Source of the DNA: Takakia lepidozioides
Lineage: Eukaryota > Plantae > Bryophyta
Direction of reading: 5' to 3'
DNA: 64,000 nucleotides
NCBI GenBank assembly: GCA_030704615.1
Contig: CM060732.1
Location: forward strand, 49,414,001 to 49,478,000
The translations under genes were made by a program, and so were the position numbers. The notes under the pieces are model-generated. The model was not told the DNA's origin. It ran no database searches and saw only the letters and a program-made list of their open reading frames with translations. Positions 51,188-63,310 of the stretch are shown in pieces; the stretch's first letter is position 1, and the number at the start of each line of letters is the position of its first letter.

Positions 51188-54100
51188 TTACTCACAGGCA
51201 AAGTCGGAGTCCAGCTCCTTGTCAGAAGTCTCCTCTGTATCAGTATCAACGGGACGGGGCTTCGGAAGGACTTGAGAAGTGTGTCCACCCAAACCCATCA
51301 GGAGGTTCTTGTAAATCTCAGCATCCCCTTCAATCCCAAAGACATGTCGCGCACTGGCCTTGCAAGCGTGGTAAGAAGCACCTGCAGTGGAATAGAATGA
51401 ATGAAGAAGACATTGAAGACACATTCGGAACGGTGGGAAGTGCTGAAAGTGCAAGCTCAATCAAACCTCATGAAATGTGAATGTTGAAGAGACGAACCTG
51501 TGCCCATCGACAAATCCAGAACTCTGGCGTCTGTGTAGGTGCAGCACTCCACAATCATTTGAATGAAAGCCGGACTCCTCTCCCTCGCCCCTCTCCAAGG
51601 AACCCCATTCCCCCTTCGTAAGCACACGTTGCTGTCGACGTAGTTGTGATGCATGTCATCCGTGGGGGGATCTGTCTTGTCATCTATGAACTTGGCCCCA
51701 TGAGTGATGGCAAACTCGGTAATGCCGGCCGGAGTCGTTTGTGGATGCACCCGGACGAGACAAACAGCTTCAAACAGACGAGTCTGCGAACATGACATCC
51801 ACAAGGAACTAAGAAGCAAAAAAAAATCGGGCCTCTACATATGAGTTCGAGCGACCTATACAACCCCATCGGAGAACAACCAAGAAGAGGAAGAAGAAGG
51901 CAAACTCACCATCTCTCCCGGGCGATCCCCCTTCGTAAGGTACATGCTGTTCACACAATTCCATGTCTTCACGACTCTCATGCCCGAGGCTTTCAAATAG
52001 CTGGAAAGTGCACGGCGACACCGACCGTCGATGGACTGGATGAGCACCAAAACACCAGCATCGGACAGGAAGAAGTTGCAAAAGGAGAAAACCCACCGCC
52101 AGTAGCGCTCATCAAAAGCATTCCAACCCGGACAAGCACCCGATGGAGGGATATCCGGGACTGCCAACCCATCAGGGATGTCCAAGATGATGAGTTCGGC
52201 TGCATATGGCTTCTCCTTCCCGTTCACCCAGGATTTGGTCATTTTAGCCTGCAAACAAAAATACAATGGTATTCTCACAAGTTTAGAAACGATCCATGCC
52301 CATAGCAGACAAAAACAACAGAAGCCACAGAACCCAAAGAGAACACGCACCGTGGTGAGGAACTGCACAATCCTGTCCCACACTGGTGATGGCTCGCCCT
52401 TGTAATCAGATTTCTTCGACTCCATCATGGCAAGGAACCCGACGTTGGCCATCTCCAACCTGGTTGGGCGAATGACCCTCGTGGGATGTTCCACTGCATG
52501 GTACGGGTCCTTGGGATCAACCACCCCCTTGTTTTTTCTCCCGGATCCTCTACCATGCGGTGGAGTCTGCTGGACATGCTCCACAGGGCCAATATCTGCA
52601 ACACTTCCCTGCCCTTGTGCCACCTTCCCTCTACCCCTTCCCTTCCCCACAACACCAGCAACATCTTTTCCCTTTGCCTTTCTTCCTCTACCTGGGGTAT
52701 CGTGAGCGGGAGGCTCCTTCTCTGCAAGAGTCCTCAAATTTCGTTCATGAATGTCGAGGTCGGCTGCTGCGTCAGTGGCTACAATACGGTCATTCTCTCT
52801 CCTCAAAGACACCTCTGGAGCTGGGGTCTCAGAAGGAAGGCAATCCAAATACCAACCACAAGAAGAAAGATGGTCTGGGCCCCAGTCATGCAAGATCCCA
52901 GTAGTGAACATGGTCTGGTTGCCAGCAGGGACAAGCCACAGGTCCACGAAATCTGGATGTTTGTCCAGGCAATTCTCTTCCAGGAGAACAAACTTTATGT
53001 ACCTGCAGCAACAGAGACAGCCTCATTTTACAATGGAAATATTGTGTGGCAACTTTTCCATCACACTAGGAAGACCCCCTTAAACAGTATGCCACACAAC
53101 ACATTGCAACCACAGCACAAATAAGTAGTGCAAGAGTGTGCACCTGTAAAGGCATCGTTTCCAGGCTTCCTCTCCTTTTTCTTGCTGGTCCAGCTCATTT
53201 GTTTGACTGATGCCACCCTCCTTGCTGAACTCTCTAAAGAAACAAGAGTGCCACATTGTGGCTCTCCATTTCCTCATGTATGCTTCGAAGGAACCTTCGG
53301 TGCTATCATACTGATGCCATAGTCAGCCAGTTGAGTATGCAGAACCGATCTGGCCCTTTCTTCCAACTGCAAAACAATACAAATGCAAGAATGAAACCAA
53401 AAGCAATCACAGCGAATGTAAGAGGCAATAGAAAGATAATGACAGGAAAAGAGAAAAGACAGTGACACAGGGACGGACATCACACCTGGCTCCAGTAAGT
53501 GGCCTTGTGAAGCCAGGTGTCCAGCACATTGTCACTGACAGGAATGACACGCTGGGTCTTCTTCTCTTTCTCCGGCCTTGGGAACATGTGGGTATCCCTA
53601 ACTGTGGGATCGGAGTTCCATATCTGCAGCCACTTCACCTTTTGTTCTGGAGACACAACGGCGGTAGACAGCCTGTGCAACTTCTCCTGGGCCATTTCTG
53701 GCTTGCCTGGCTTGTTATAATGGTTTTTTTATCTCCAGGAGAAACTGCGGTCTGAATGATGGGTCGGCAATTCTCAACTGCTTCACGAAAGCACTCATTA
53801 TAGTCCTTCTTGTAGAGGTCATCTCTTTCTGGATGCGACTCTCAACCCCCTTTGCTGTCCTTCTCTCCTCAGGGGTAGAGCTGTAGTATTCCAGTTTGCC
53901 ACGCTCCCCTGCATCCGCAATGTCTTGCTGCAAGGGAATGCAAGAGAGTTGCATCAGCACAAGGTCAAGGGAAACAAACAGAAACAAACATGTGGAATAT
54001 GGAAGACCAGATGAAGGAAGATGTATCTCACCGTGTACATGTACTCCATGAAAGCCTCACGGGTCAACAAGTACCACGTTTCCGATGTCTTGGAGCTTTC

Positions 54101-54909
54101 GCACTTCTTGTACATTTCTGCTGAAAGGATGGTCTTGAAGTTGGTCAAGGGCATCTGCCCTATCCTTTGTATCCTATACAGTGTGTGAACCAAACTCGTT
54201 TTGACATGCGATGTCTCCGTTCCTCTGCAGAATGATATCTGTAAGTCAGAATGAAATTCAAGGTCTTCAATCAAAAAAGAACGGAACCACAAGTGGAACA
54301 TGTAGAATGAGAAACCAACCTGTTCACATCATTCATTGCCGTCAGAAGACCCATCATGTTCCCGTCACAATCCAGCACCATCGATCGAACAGAGTAATGC
54401 CACTCTTCCTCCTGTGAGTGCAGCCTCCCAATGACAGCCATCCATGCAAGCAAGCGGTGGTTCCCATCCCAAACGTGAAACATCTTTCCCGAGAATGCCT
54501 GGGTGGAAGGTTTCCTGGAGAGAAGAAGTTCGAAGGATTCGTTCAGCTGTCTCCAAATGGGGTCCCAGGAGTCCACGATTGACTGATCCACGAGGAGCTC
54601 ATTACCTTTGGAATCCCTAGTAGAAACGTAAAAGACTGCGGATCCATCCAAATACCCATGCACAAACTCGGCCTCCAGCTTGAGAATGTCCTTGACGAGG
54701 GGTGTACGAACGACGGGCATGGAAACCAACCTACACAGGGGAATCTTCAACCTCCCACCCGGGGCAAGCATACTTTGCACCACAAGCTGAGAGTTTACCT
54801 TCTGACCCACCAGCATCTCAGCGGCTTTGCTTTCATAGAACTCATCGTCCACATCAACAATTATCTCCTTCTCCTGACCCGAAGGAACCTCATCTGCCAC
54901 ACTTTGCAT
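51188..54909 (-). CDS. 8-exon ParB/Srx-like domain + beta-class amino-DNA-methyltransferase-like fusion (two frameshifts in this copy)
   Basis: Exons 54909-54320, 54224-54032, 53927-53486, 53366-53144, 53002-52351, 52248-51910, 51783-51498, 51381-51188, all GT-AG with compatible phases. Motifs: HVWDGNHRLLAW; ELIILDIPDG (motif IV position); FLSDAGVLVL; ERSPAFIQMIVECCT..ARVLDLSMGTGASYHACKASARHVFGIEGD (motifs X, I, II). Frameshifts near 53727 (A7 run) and 53290. Confidence 0.8.
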
Positions 54910-54979
54910 CTTCTCCTGCACGGTTGTTCATTCAACTTGATATTAGAGAGGCATGAAACGTCGGCTTAGGCATGAAAAA

Positions 54980-57620
54980 GTGGGCTCAAAGACTGTGCGT
55001 TGACGCACAGTATTTTAAGCTGCCAGGTAAGTGTACATTGACCCTCACAGACATGTCCTATGTTGCCGAATTCCACAAAAATAGACATTGTAAAAGTGGG
55101 CTCAAACAGTGTGCGTTGACGCACACTGTTTCACTTGCCATGTAAATGATCATTGAACATCTACTTGTGCCAGGTAAGTGTTCATTGTGAACTCCAAGAT
55201 ATGCGGCCGATTTGGGATGAAAAAAGTGAAAAGGTGAGTTCGAACAGTGTGACACGTACACCTCAAATAGTGTGCGTTGGCGCACACTGTTTGAGCTGCC
55301 ACTGAATGGTTATTTCATCATCATAAACCGGCCCTGGAAGTCCGAATTTAACACCAAAAAAGCACTGACATGTTCAGCTCAAACAGTGTGCGTTGGCGCC
55401 CACTGTTTGACCTGCCACTGAATGGTTATTTCATCATCATAAACCGGCCCTTGAAGTCCGAATTTAACACCAAAAAAGCAGTGACATGTACAGCTCAAAC
55501 AGTGTGCGTTGGCGCACACTGTTTGAGCTGCCACTGAATGGTTATTTCATCCTCAGAAACGTGCCCTGGAAGTCCAAATTTAACACCAAAAAAGCAGTGA
55601 CATGTACAGCTCAAGCAGTGTGCGTTGGCGCACACTGTTTGAGCTGCCACTGAATAGTTATTTCATCCTCAGAAACGTGCCGTAAATGCCGAATTTCAAT
55701 CGGAAAAAACACTTACATGTTCAGCTCAAACAGTGTGCGCCAACGCACACTGTTTGAGCTGCCACTAAATGGTTATTTCATCATCATAAACCTGCCCTGG
55801 AAGTCCGAATTTCAATCGGAAAAAACACTTACATGTTCAGCTCAAACAGTGTGTGCCAACGCACACTGTTTGAGCTGCCACTGAATGGTTATTTCATCAT
55901 CATAAACCTGCCCTGGAAGTCCGAATTTCAATCGGAAAAAACACTTACATGTTCAGCTCAAACAGTGTGCGCCAACGCACACTGTTTGAGCTGCCACTGA
56001 ATGGTTATTTCGTCATCGTAAACGTGCTCTGGAAGTCCAAATTTAACACCAAAATAGCAGTGACATGTTCAGCTCAAACAGTGTGCGTTGGCGCACATTG
56101 TTTGAGCTGCCACTGAATGGTTATTTCATCATCATAAACCGGCCCTGGAAGTCCGAATTTAACACCAAAAAAGCACTGACATGTTCAGCTCAAACAGTGT
56201 GCGTTGGCGCACACTGTTTGAGCTGCCACTGAATGGTTATTTCATCATCATAAACCGGCCCTGGAAGTCCGAATTTAACACCAAAAAAGCACTGACATGT
56301 ACAGCTCAAACAGTGTGCGTTGGCGCACACTGTTTGAGCTGCCACTGAATGGTTATTTCATCATCATAAACCGGCCCTTGAAGTCCGAATTTAACACCAA
56401 AAAAGCAGTGACATGTACAGCTCAAACAGTGTGCGTTGGCGCACACTGTTTGAGCTGCCACTGAATGGTTATTTCATCCTCAGAAACGTGCCCTGGAAGG
56501 CCGAATTTAACACCAAAAAAGCAGTGACATGTACAGCTCAAGCAGTGTGCGTTGGCGCACACTGTTTGAGCTGCCACTGAATGGTTATTTCATCCTCAGA
56601 AACGTGCCGTAAATGCCGAATTTCAATCGGAAAAAACACTTACATGTTCAGCTCAAACAGTGTGCGCCAACGCACACTGTTTGAGCTGCCACTGAATGGT
56701 TATTTCATCATCATAAACCTGCCCTGGAAGTCCGAATTTCAATCGGAAAAAACACTTACATGTTCAGCTCAAACAGTGTGTGCCAACGCACACTGTTTGA
56801 GCTGCCACTGAATGGTTATTTCATCATAATAAACCTGCCCTGGAAGTCCGAATTTCAATCGGAAAAAACACTTACATGTTCAGCTCAAACAGTGTGCGCC
56901 AACGCACACTGTTTGAGCTGCCACTGAATGGTTATTTCGTCATCGTAAACGTGCCCTGGAAGTCCAAATTTAACACCAAAAAAGCAGTGACATGTTCAGC
57001 TCAAACAGTGTGCGTTGGCGCACATTGTTTGAGCTGCCACTGAATGGTTTTTTCATCATCATAAACCGGCCCTGGAAGTCCGAATTTAACACCAAAAAAG
57101 CAGTGACATGTTCAGCTCAAACAGTGTGCGTTGGCGCACACTGTTTGAGCTGCCACTGAATGGTTATTTCATCATCATAAACCGGCCCTGGAAGTCCGAA
57201 TTTAACACCAAAAAAGCAGTGACATGTACAGCTCAAATAGTGTGTGTTGGCGCACACTGTTTGAGCTGCTACTGAATGGTTATTTCATCATCATAAACGT
57301 GCCCTGGAAGTCCGAATTTAACACCAAAAAAGCAGTGACATGTACAGCTCAAACAGTGTGCGTTGGCACACACTGTTTGAGCTGCCACTGAATGGTTATT
57401 TCATCCTCAGAAACGTGCCCTAAATGCCGAATTTCAATCGGAAAAAACACTTACATGTTTAGCTCAAACAGTGTGCGCCAACGCACACTGTTTGAGCTGC
57501 CACTGAATGGTTATTTCGTCATCATAAACGTGCCCTAAAGGGCGAATTCAACAAGGACAAAACCGTGACATGTAGAGCTCAAACAATGTGCGCCAACGCA
57601 CACTGTTTGAGCTGCCACTG
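54980..57620. repeat. Tandem array of 116-bp units (~21 regular copies), each with an 18-4-18 palindrome; 928-bp higher-order repeat
   Basis: CAGCTCAAACAGTGTGCG-(TTGG or CCAA)-CGCACACTGTTTGAGCTG recurs every 116 bp (e.g. 55391, 55507, 55623). Private variants recur 928 bp apart. Confidence 0.96.
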
Positions 57621-57928
57621 AAGGGTTCTGTCGTCCTGACATACATATTCTGGAAAATTGATATCGAGACGGAAACAGCAGTGAAATGTTCAGCTCAACT
57701 GTCTCTGATTGAGTTTGCAATTTGGGTTGTATTGAACCTGCTGTAGTGCCCAAGTTTGGGCGTTTCGCACCTGAACAATCAACCAAATTGGTAGGCCCAA
57801 ACAGTGTGCGTTGCCGCACACTATTTGGGCTTCCAGTTTGCGGTGCTTTCAACTTGGTGCAGATTGGTCCTGTGTGGGCTATATTCATATCAGCAACGAA
57901 ACACAAATGTGGGTCTTAAAGATTTCAC

Positions 57929-58218
57929 CTTTTTCTTGGCTGCTCCAGAAGACTCCCCTTCGGGCTGCTCTCTGCGCCGAGCGTGTACGTGAGCCTCTCC
58001 CCCTTCCTCTTTCCCACAGGCAGACTCCTCGTGAGGCCACCTTCAACATCCTCTTCCATCTCGTCTGTCTCTCCCTCAGATGCGGTGTCCTCTTCATTTG
58101 TTCTTGGAACTATGGCGGGCTGCTGTTCTTCTGCTGATTCCTGCTCCTCCATCGCCACACTTTCCTCTACTCCCTCTTCTACCTCCTTTTCCTCTTCGTC
58201 CACTCTTTCCATCCTCAT
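57929..58218 (-). CDS. Acidic/basic low-complexity ORF, possibly the first exon of the ParB-MTase gene
   Basis: Glu-rich ORF ending at a donor-like AAAAG|GTGAAA, same strand as the MTase gene. A frameshift is needed to match the phase of the acceptor at 54916. Confidence 0.35.
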
Positions 58219-59165
58219 TCTATCTCTGGCTCTATTCCTGTTTCTAGAGCTCGTGAAGTATAGTGACTTCCTTCTCTTCCTCCTCCGCTGGAAACAAGGG
58301 CTCCCCACGATGCCTCTAGAGCTCTCCAGTTTGACGTTTGTAACAAGTGCTGCTATGGCATATAACCAAAATCGAAATTGGACGTTGTCAACCATATTTG
58401 GATGCGGGTGTTGTTATTGTGTGCGAACGGAATTCATCCATTCCGTCGTCTCCGTATTATCCAAGCAATAAAGCGCTAGAAAAATAGTACACCCGTTGCA
58501 TGCACTAGCGATATATGTCACATGTACTGCGCCGCCTGCCAATACACCGCGGCCTTCTTGCTTTCTTTCAAATTCGGATGTGCCGTAGAAATCTAATGCT
58601 AGTTCATTTTCGAGCAGTTCTTGCAGATCCGCAATAATTGTTATGCTTCACATATGCATCCACGTGTGTTGTACTGCCTACCCTGTGGTTTGCATTTTAC
58701 CGTTACCGTCGCCATGGGGTCATTCGGCATAAAGGGTTCTGTCAGATACGACCATGTCTGCCACGCATTCGTGCGAGGTATCTTCTGCAGTGTCAGTGTT
58801 TGTGCTGTGCTCTTCTGGCACAACACAACCTCATGACATTTGTGGTCTTCCTATTTACTGCTCTCCAGGGTTGTTGCCGTCTTTTCATAATGGTTGGTTT
58901 CATGTCGTTTTCAGTGTTTGTTTTCATCCATAAACAGCACGGCTTCTTGTAGTATTTCAAAACAGTTTTTCTGGTTAGTGCCTCTTGGCGTTGCTGTTTC
59001 CGAAATGAAGGTGCATCTCATCCCTACATCCTTTGCATGCATCACCTGCAACCTTTGGATTGGAGCTACCCTTGTTGACCTCGGTTTGCTTGTCTTAATA
59101 CCCCTTTCGGTAATTGCGGGCTATCAGTTCGAGGATTCCGCAACTTTCGTTCAGTGAGGGAAAAC

Positions 59166-62100
59166 ATGTCGAGGGAGCGAGATACACTTGCTCGATTCCA
59201 TTCCAATGCAGGTACTCTTCCACTGACTGCCACTGCAGACGACAATGGGTTTGTAGTTGTTCATGAGGATGAGCTGGTTACAGTGTTCCCGCTGGAGTTG
59301 GGTTCTCTCATTGTTCAAAAAGAGGTGTATGACGAGGATAGGAATTTGGATTCTGGGCACTTGGAGAAACCATTGGTTGGCAAGTGTGGAAGGAAGTGGA
59401 GAGTCCTTCCAGGCACATACCGTGTCCTTGGAAAAGAGAGAAAACAATCAGCAGGATCGGTCGTTACCCCTAGCACTGCAGCATCGGTCGTGCAACAGAA
59501 GGGCACAGTTCCTGTGAAACAAGAGGTGAGCACATCCACTACCTTCGTGACTCTTTCAGACTCGTCCTCGGAGGATGTTTCTGAGATTCCTCCGCCAGTG
59601 CAGACTCCGTCATTGGATGATGACGAATTGCAAGAGATAACGAGTGTCATTCCAAAATTGAAAGCCCTGCAGGTGTGCCTGGGTGCAAGAGCGAGCTGCG
59701 TTTTGTTGATTGGGAGTCCCTTCCTGTGCAACGGGTTCAATACGTGCCAGCACAGTTTGATGGGGACATCCTATTTGAGCTCAACCCTCCCACCTCTTCC
59801 ACTGGACTGGCTGGGCTTTTACAGGGCATGGACAAGAAACATGACGGACATCCTTGGTGCAGGACAAAAACGTCGAACATCCATAACGACATTGGCTTGA
59901 AATTTCGGAGGTCGGTCTGCGTTGGGCATTGTAAGTGCCAGAATATTTCTTGCCCTTGCCTGAGAAACAGCGCTCAACCAAACGAAAGTGAGTGGGAAGG
60001 TGTGCCCCTGAATCCTTTCACCCCAGGGCTTGCCCCTCCCAGGACCAATACTTTCGTGTGCAGGTTCTGCAAACTTTCCCCGTCCAGTGTTTCTGTGTGC
60101 CACGCTCGTATGTATCAGGTGGCACACCGATGCAAGACAATGACTCGTGCCTGCATTCATATGGGTGCACACGAGCATCCTGTGTCCAAAGGAAGTTGCA
60201 GGGATAGCGTGGACATCGCTAGAAATCTGCTGAAGCAGGAGTTCCACAATGCCCCTTCTGCAACACCTTCTGCTATAGCGCTTGCAGCTAGCAAGGCATT
60301 CCTGGAGAAACACATACTGGGTGAAGGGGATGCGACACAACTTATGCTGGATGCAGATTCGCTTAATGCAGTCATGGACCATTTCTCCGTGTTGAGCTCT
60401 CCCAATATTCGAAACCAGGTGAATGCACTCAGAATGGGCACAGGCACTGCTGGCTTCATGGACAACATTATGGACCTGAAGCGGAGGAGTCGCTATGAAT
60501 TCATTCAAAACAGTGTCTTCCCTGGCCAGGGCTCGTCCAAGGTGTATTTGTTCAAGATGTCCGCTGTGGGCGAAGGCAGTGGTGTGAGCATTGTCCGCCG
60601 TATGCAACCAGGAGGAGATTTGGCTAAATGTTGGTTAATGTTTGATCACTGCAAACGGGTGAAGGGTTGGACAACCATGGCGTGCCATGTGTATGATCCG
60701 GCGTACCAGCGTGTGCTCTCCATAGCAATTTGTGATATGCAGTCGGAGGACAGTGAATCCCAAATGCTCATGTGGAATTCGCTCTTGGCCGTCATGCAGC
60801 GCAATGGAATACAGAACACAAATTTTGCGGGCTTCATGGCTGATAGTGCACAGGCAAATTTCAATGCAGTGCAACGCGTGTTTGGTTCGGGGGATCCTAA
60901 GGTCCCAATGGAAAATAAGGAGCGCACATGCCTCTTCCATTGGACTCAATCTCTGGCACGTCATACAAAGCGCTGCATTCGCCCTGACCTGCAGTTGGAG
61001 CACAGAAGGCTCTGTCTCAAGTACAAGAATGCCACCTCAATGGGAGAAGCTGAGAGCACTTACCAGGCAATCCGGGCTTGGTGGTTCTCCTCTGGTGCTG
61101 CAACAGGTACCCACGTAAAGGAGTTGGAGGACTGGTTGGTTTTCTGGCACTTCAGGTACAGACAGTGGGGAGCTTTCATGACGACGGTAAGCCTCTTCAA
61201 TCCCAAAAACAGAAATTTTGCATCGTGCCTGTTCATTTGGGGTTCTTCGATTGTCACTTGAAGAACCTCTGCCATTTGTTTTCGTTCCTCACATATCCAT
61301 GCAATGCCTCCTGCAGGACATGTCCTTGGAGGACTTGGCCGACATGCCATCCTGTAATTTGGCGGAGACTGTTCACAACGCCTGGATGCAGCAGTCTACC
61401 AAAGCAGGTCGTGACTTGTATGTGGCCACTGCTGATGACATGGTGCGTGCACTTACACAACAAACCAGGTACCGCAATTTTCTGATGGGACGGGGTGGAG
61501 GCAAGGGCCCTGATACGACTTTGTTGATGCTAAGGGCTGCGAGTAGGTCCGGAGTCCCGTCGAAGATGGCCAGAGCTCTAAACAGATGCACTGAAGGGTC
61601 CGCTCTACAATCCAGGATCCCCCATTTGGAAGGCGAGGAAAGATTTGGATCATGCAAAAGGAAATTGAACACTCTTCCAGGGTCAGATGGAGAATCCCAT
61701 CGGCCAGACATGGTCAATTTCTCTGTGCCAAAGGTGTCTCCACTGCAGACTGAGTCGTGTGCCCGCCCCTTCCCAGGTGGGTCCTCCTCCAGTGGAGCAG
61801 GTGCAGAACATACAAGCACAGCAGCGGGAATCCCATTGGAGGAGGCGGTGGCCATGGTGCAGGAATCCGATTGCATTGATAGTGAGTGGCATATAGAACG
61901 CACCCCACCAGGATCTAGAGTGGCTTGCATGGCAATTCGGACCCCCTCATTCAAGAAATGCAAATCAAAGATATGCAAAGGCTCCAGGGGGACTCCAGCT
62001 CCAACATTCACAGGGTTGTTCCGACCTTATCATAGTGGGGAGTCAAAGGACCACAAATTTTGGTTCTGCCCAGACGATATGGCACGATGCGTGAAGGGAA

Positions 62101-62725
62101 CAGTTCGTCCTTCGGTGATAATGAAACCCCCTCCCCCCGCAATTTGGCCTGTGCAAATTGGGACGTCGCTGTCATCAACCGAGATAAGCATGCTGGAGGA
62201 GGGAGGGTTCTGTCTTACACGGTCCCGGGTGGTGCCCTCATGCACTATCGGCACAGATGTGCCACATGCTCCGGCAATGCCGCCACTCGGTGCCGACTCC
62301 CACCCAACAAAAAGAGATGGAAAAACAGTGCGCCGTTTCGCTTCGGGTGCAGATCACGAATGCAAGATGGAATCTGCTAGAATTTTGCAGGCTCGGGTGT
62401 AATCACCGAAGTCCCTTCTCCGGGGTATGGACGGATTTACACAGTGCTGTCAATTGGGTCAGTTCTTCATGGCAAAGAATATCAGGTTACCGTCGGGAAT
62501 TTCCCTTCGTGCACTTGTCCGGACTTTGTAACGATGCGTGAGGGCGCTCTCGGCATGAGAGGGAAGTGGGTCCCCTGCAAGCATCAATATTACATATACC
62601 TTGTGATTATGTGTTGCGACGGTAAGAGAGACCAATTCATCCACCAAGCCACACTAGGCTATGGAGAAGTGAACACCCTTCTACAGCGGGACACCTCGCG
62701 TGGAGCTCCGCCAACTTCTCTTTGA
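59166..62725 (+). pseudogene. MULE transposase: GCM-like Zn domain, DDE core, C-terminal SWIM finger (frameshifts near 59673 and 62400)
   Basis: KHDGHPW..CVGHCKC..C..CRFC..C..HMGAHEHP; MFDH, FMADSAQAN, CLFH, CNLAETVH; intron 61187-61316; SWIM CTCPDF..CKH. Confidence 0.88.
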
Positions 62726-63310
62726 ACACATACGAGCCATGCCCGCTTCCCATGCTGGTTTGCAGGTTGCCGTGTGAAGACTTTGCATTTCTGACAAACA
62801 TATGGATTTCGTTTACGGAACCAGGGCAAATGCACATGCAATTCATTGTAAGCGTCTATCTGTGAATTGAAATAAACTGTGACAATCATTCTGAGCTCAA
62901 ATCTGCCATGTTTTCATATTTCTGTTTTTGAGCGGGCATTGCACACATGGTGTGTGTTGGCCCCCTTTGTTTTGTCCACGGTAATAGGCCCTCTTCCTGC
63001 AATCCTCGCCTATAGGACCTTCTTCTCCAGCAGATTGGTGCCGCTCACGCTTCCCTGAAGCGTGAGCTCAGCTCACGCTTTCTAGCTTGGACGTGAGCTC
63101 AGCTCCCAGGCTCACGGGGCTGGGCTCATGCCGTAGCTACGCTCGTCCTATCTGGTCATAATATATGGAGTGCATGCTAGTGAGTCCTACTTCTAGTCCA
63201 TCCTAGTCACATTACAATGAGTACCAGTCCATGAACAGGAGGGACATCTTGAAGACACTCCAATTCAGGACATGAGTTGGACATAGTGTCCACAATTGAG
63301 TACAGTAATC

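Larger units (their letters stand above)
50292..63144 (+). mobile_element. Mutator-like DNA transposon (MULE-2, 12.85 kb) carrying a ParB-methyltransferase gene and a palindromic array
   Basis: Perfect TSD GTCCTATCT at 50283-50291 and 63145-63153 (extendable to 11 bp). Imperfect TIRs GGGGGGTGCTATTCCGTGAGCCCAG / GAGCGTAGCTACGGCATGAGCCCAG, with GTGAGC subterminal repeats. Transposase inside. Confidence 0.92.

Noticed and set aside
51188-54909. Bacterial or phage contaminant ParB-MTase
   Set aside because: It has seven canonical spliceosomal introns and lies inside a TSD-bounded eukaryotic transposon.
55260-57620. CRISPR array (palindromic repeat plus spacer)
   Set aside because: The spacers are near-identical variants rather than unique sequences, there are no cas genes, and the context is a eukaryotic transposon.
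59819-62011. Long antisense ORFs opposite the transposase (also 24052-24852 and 52486-53124)
   Set aside because: Shadow frames of real coding sequence with no recognisable motifs.
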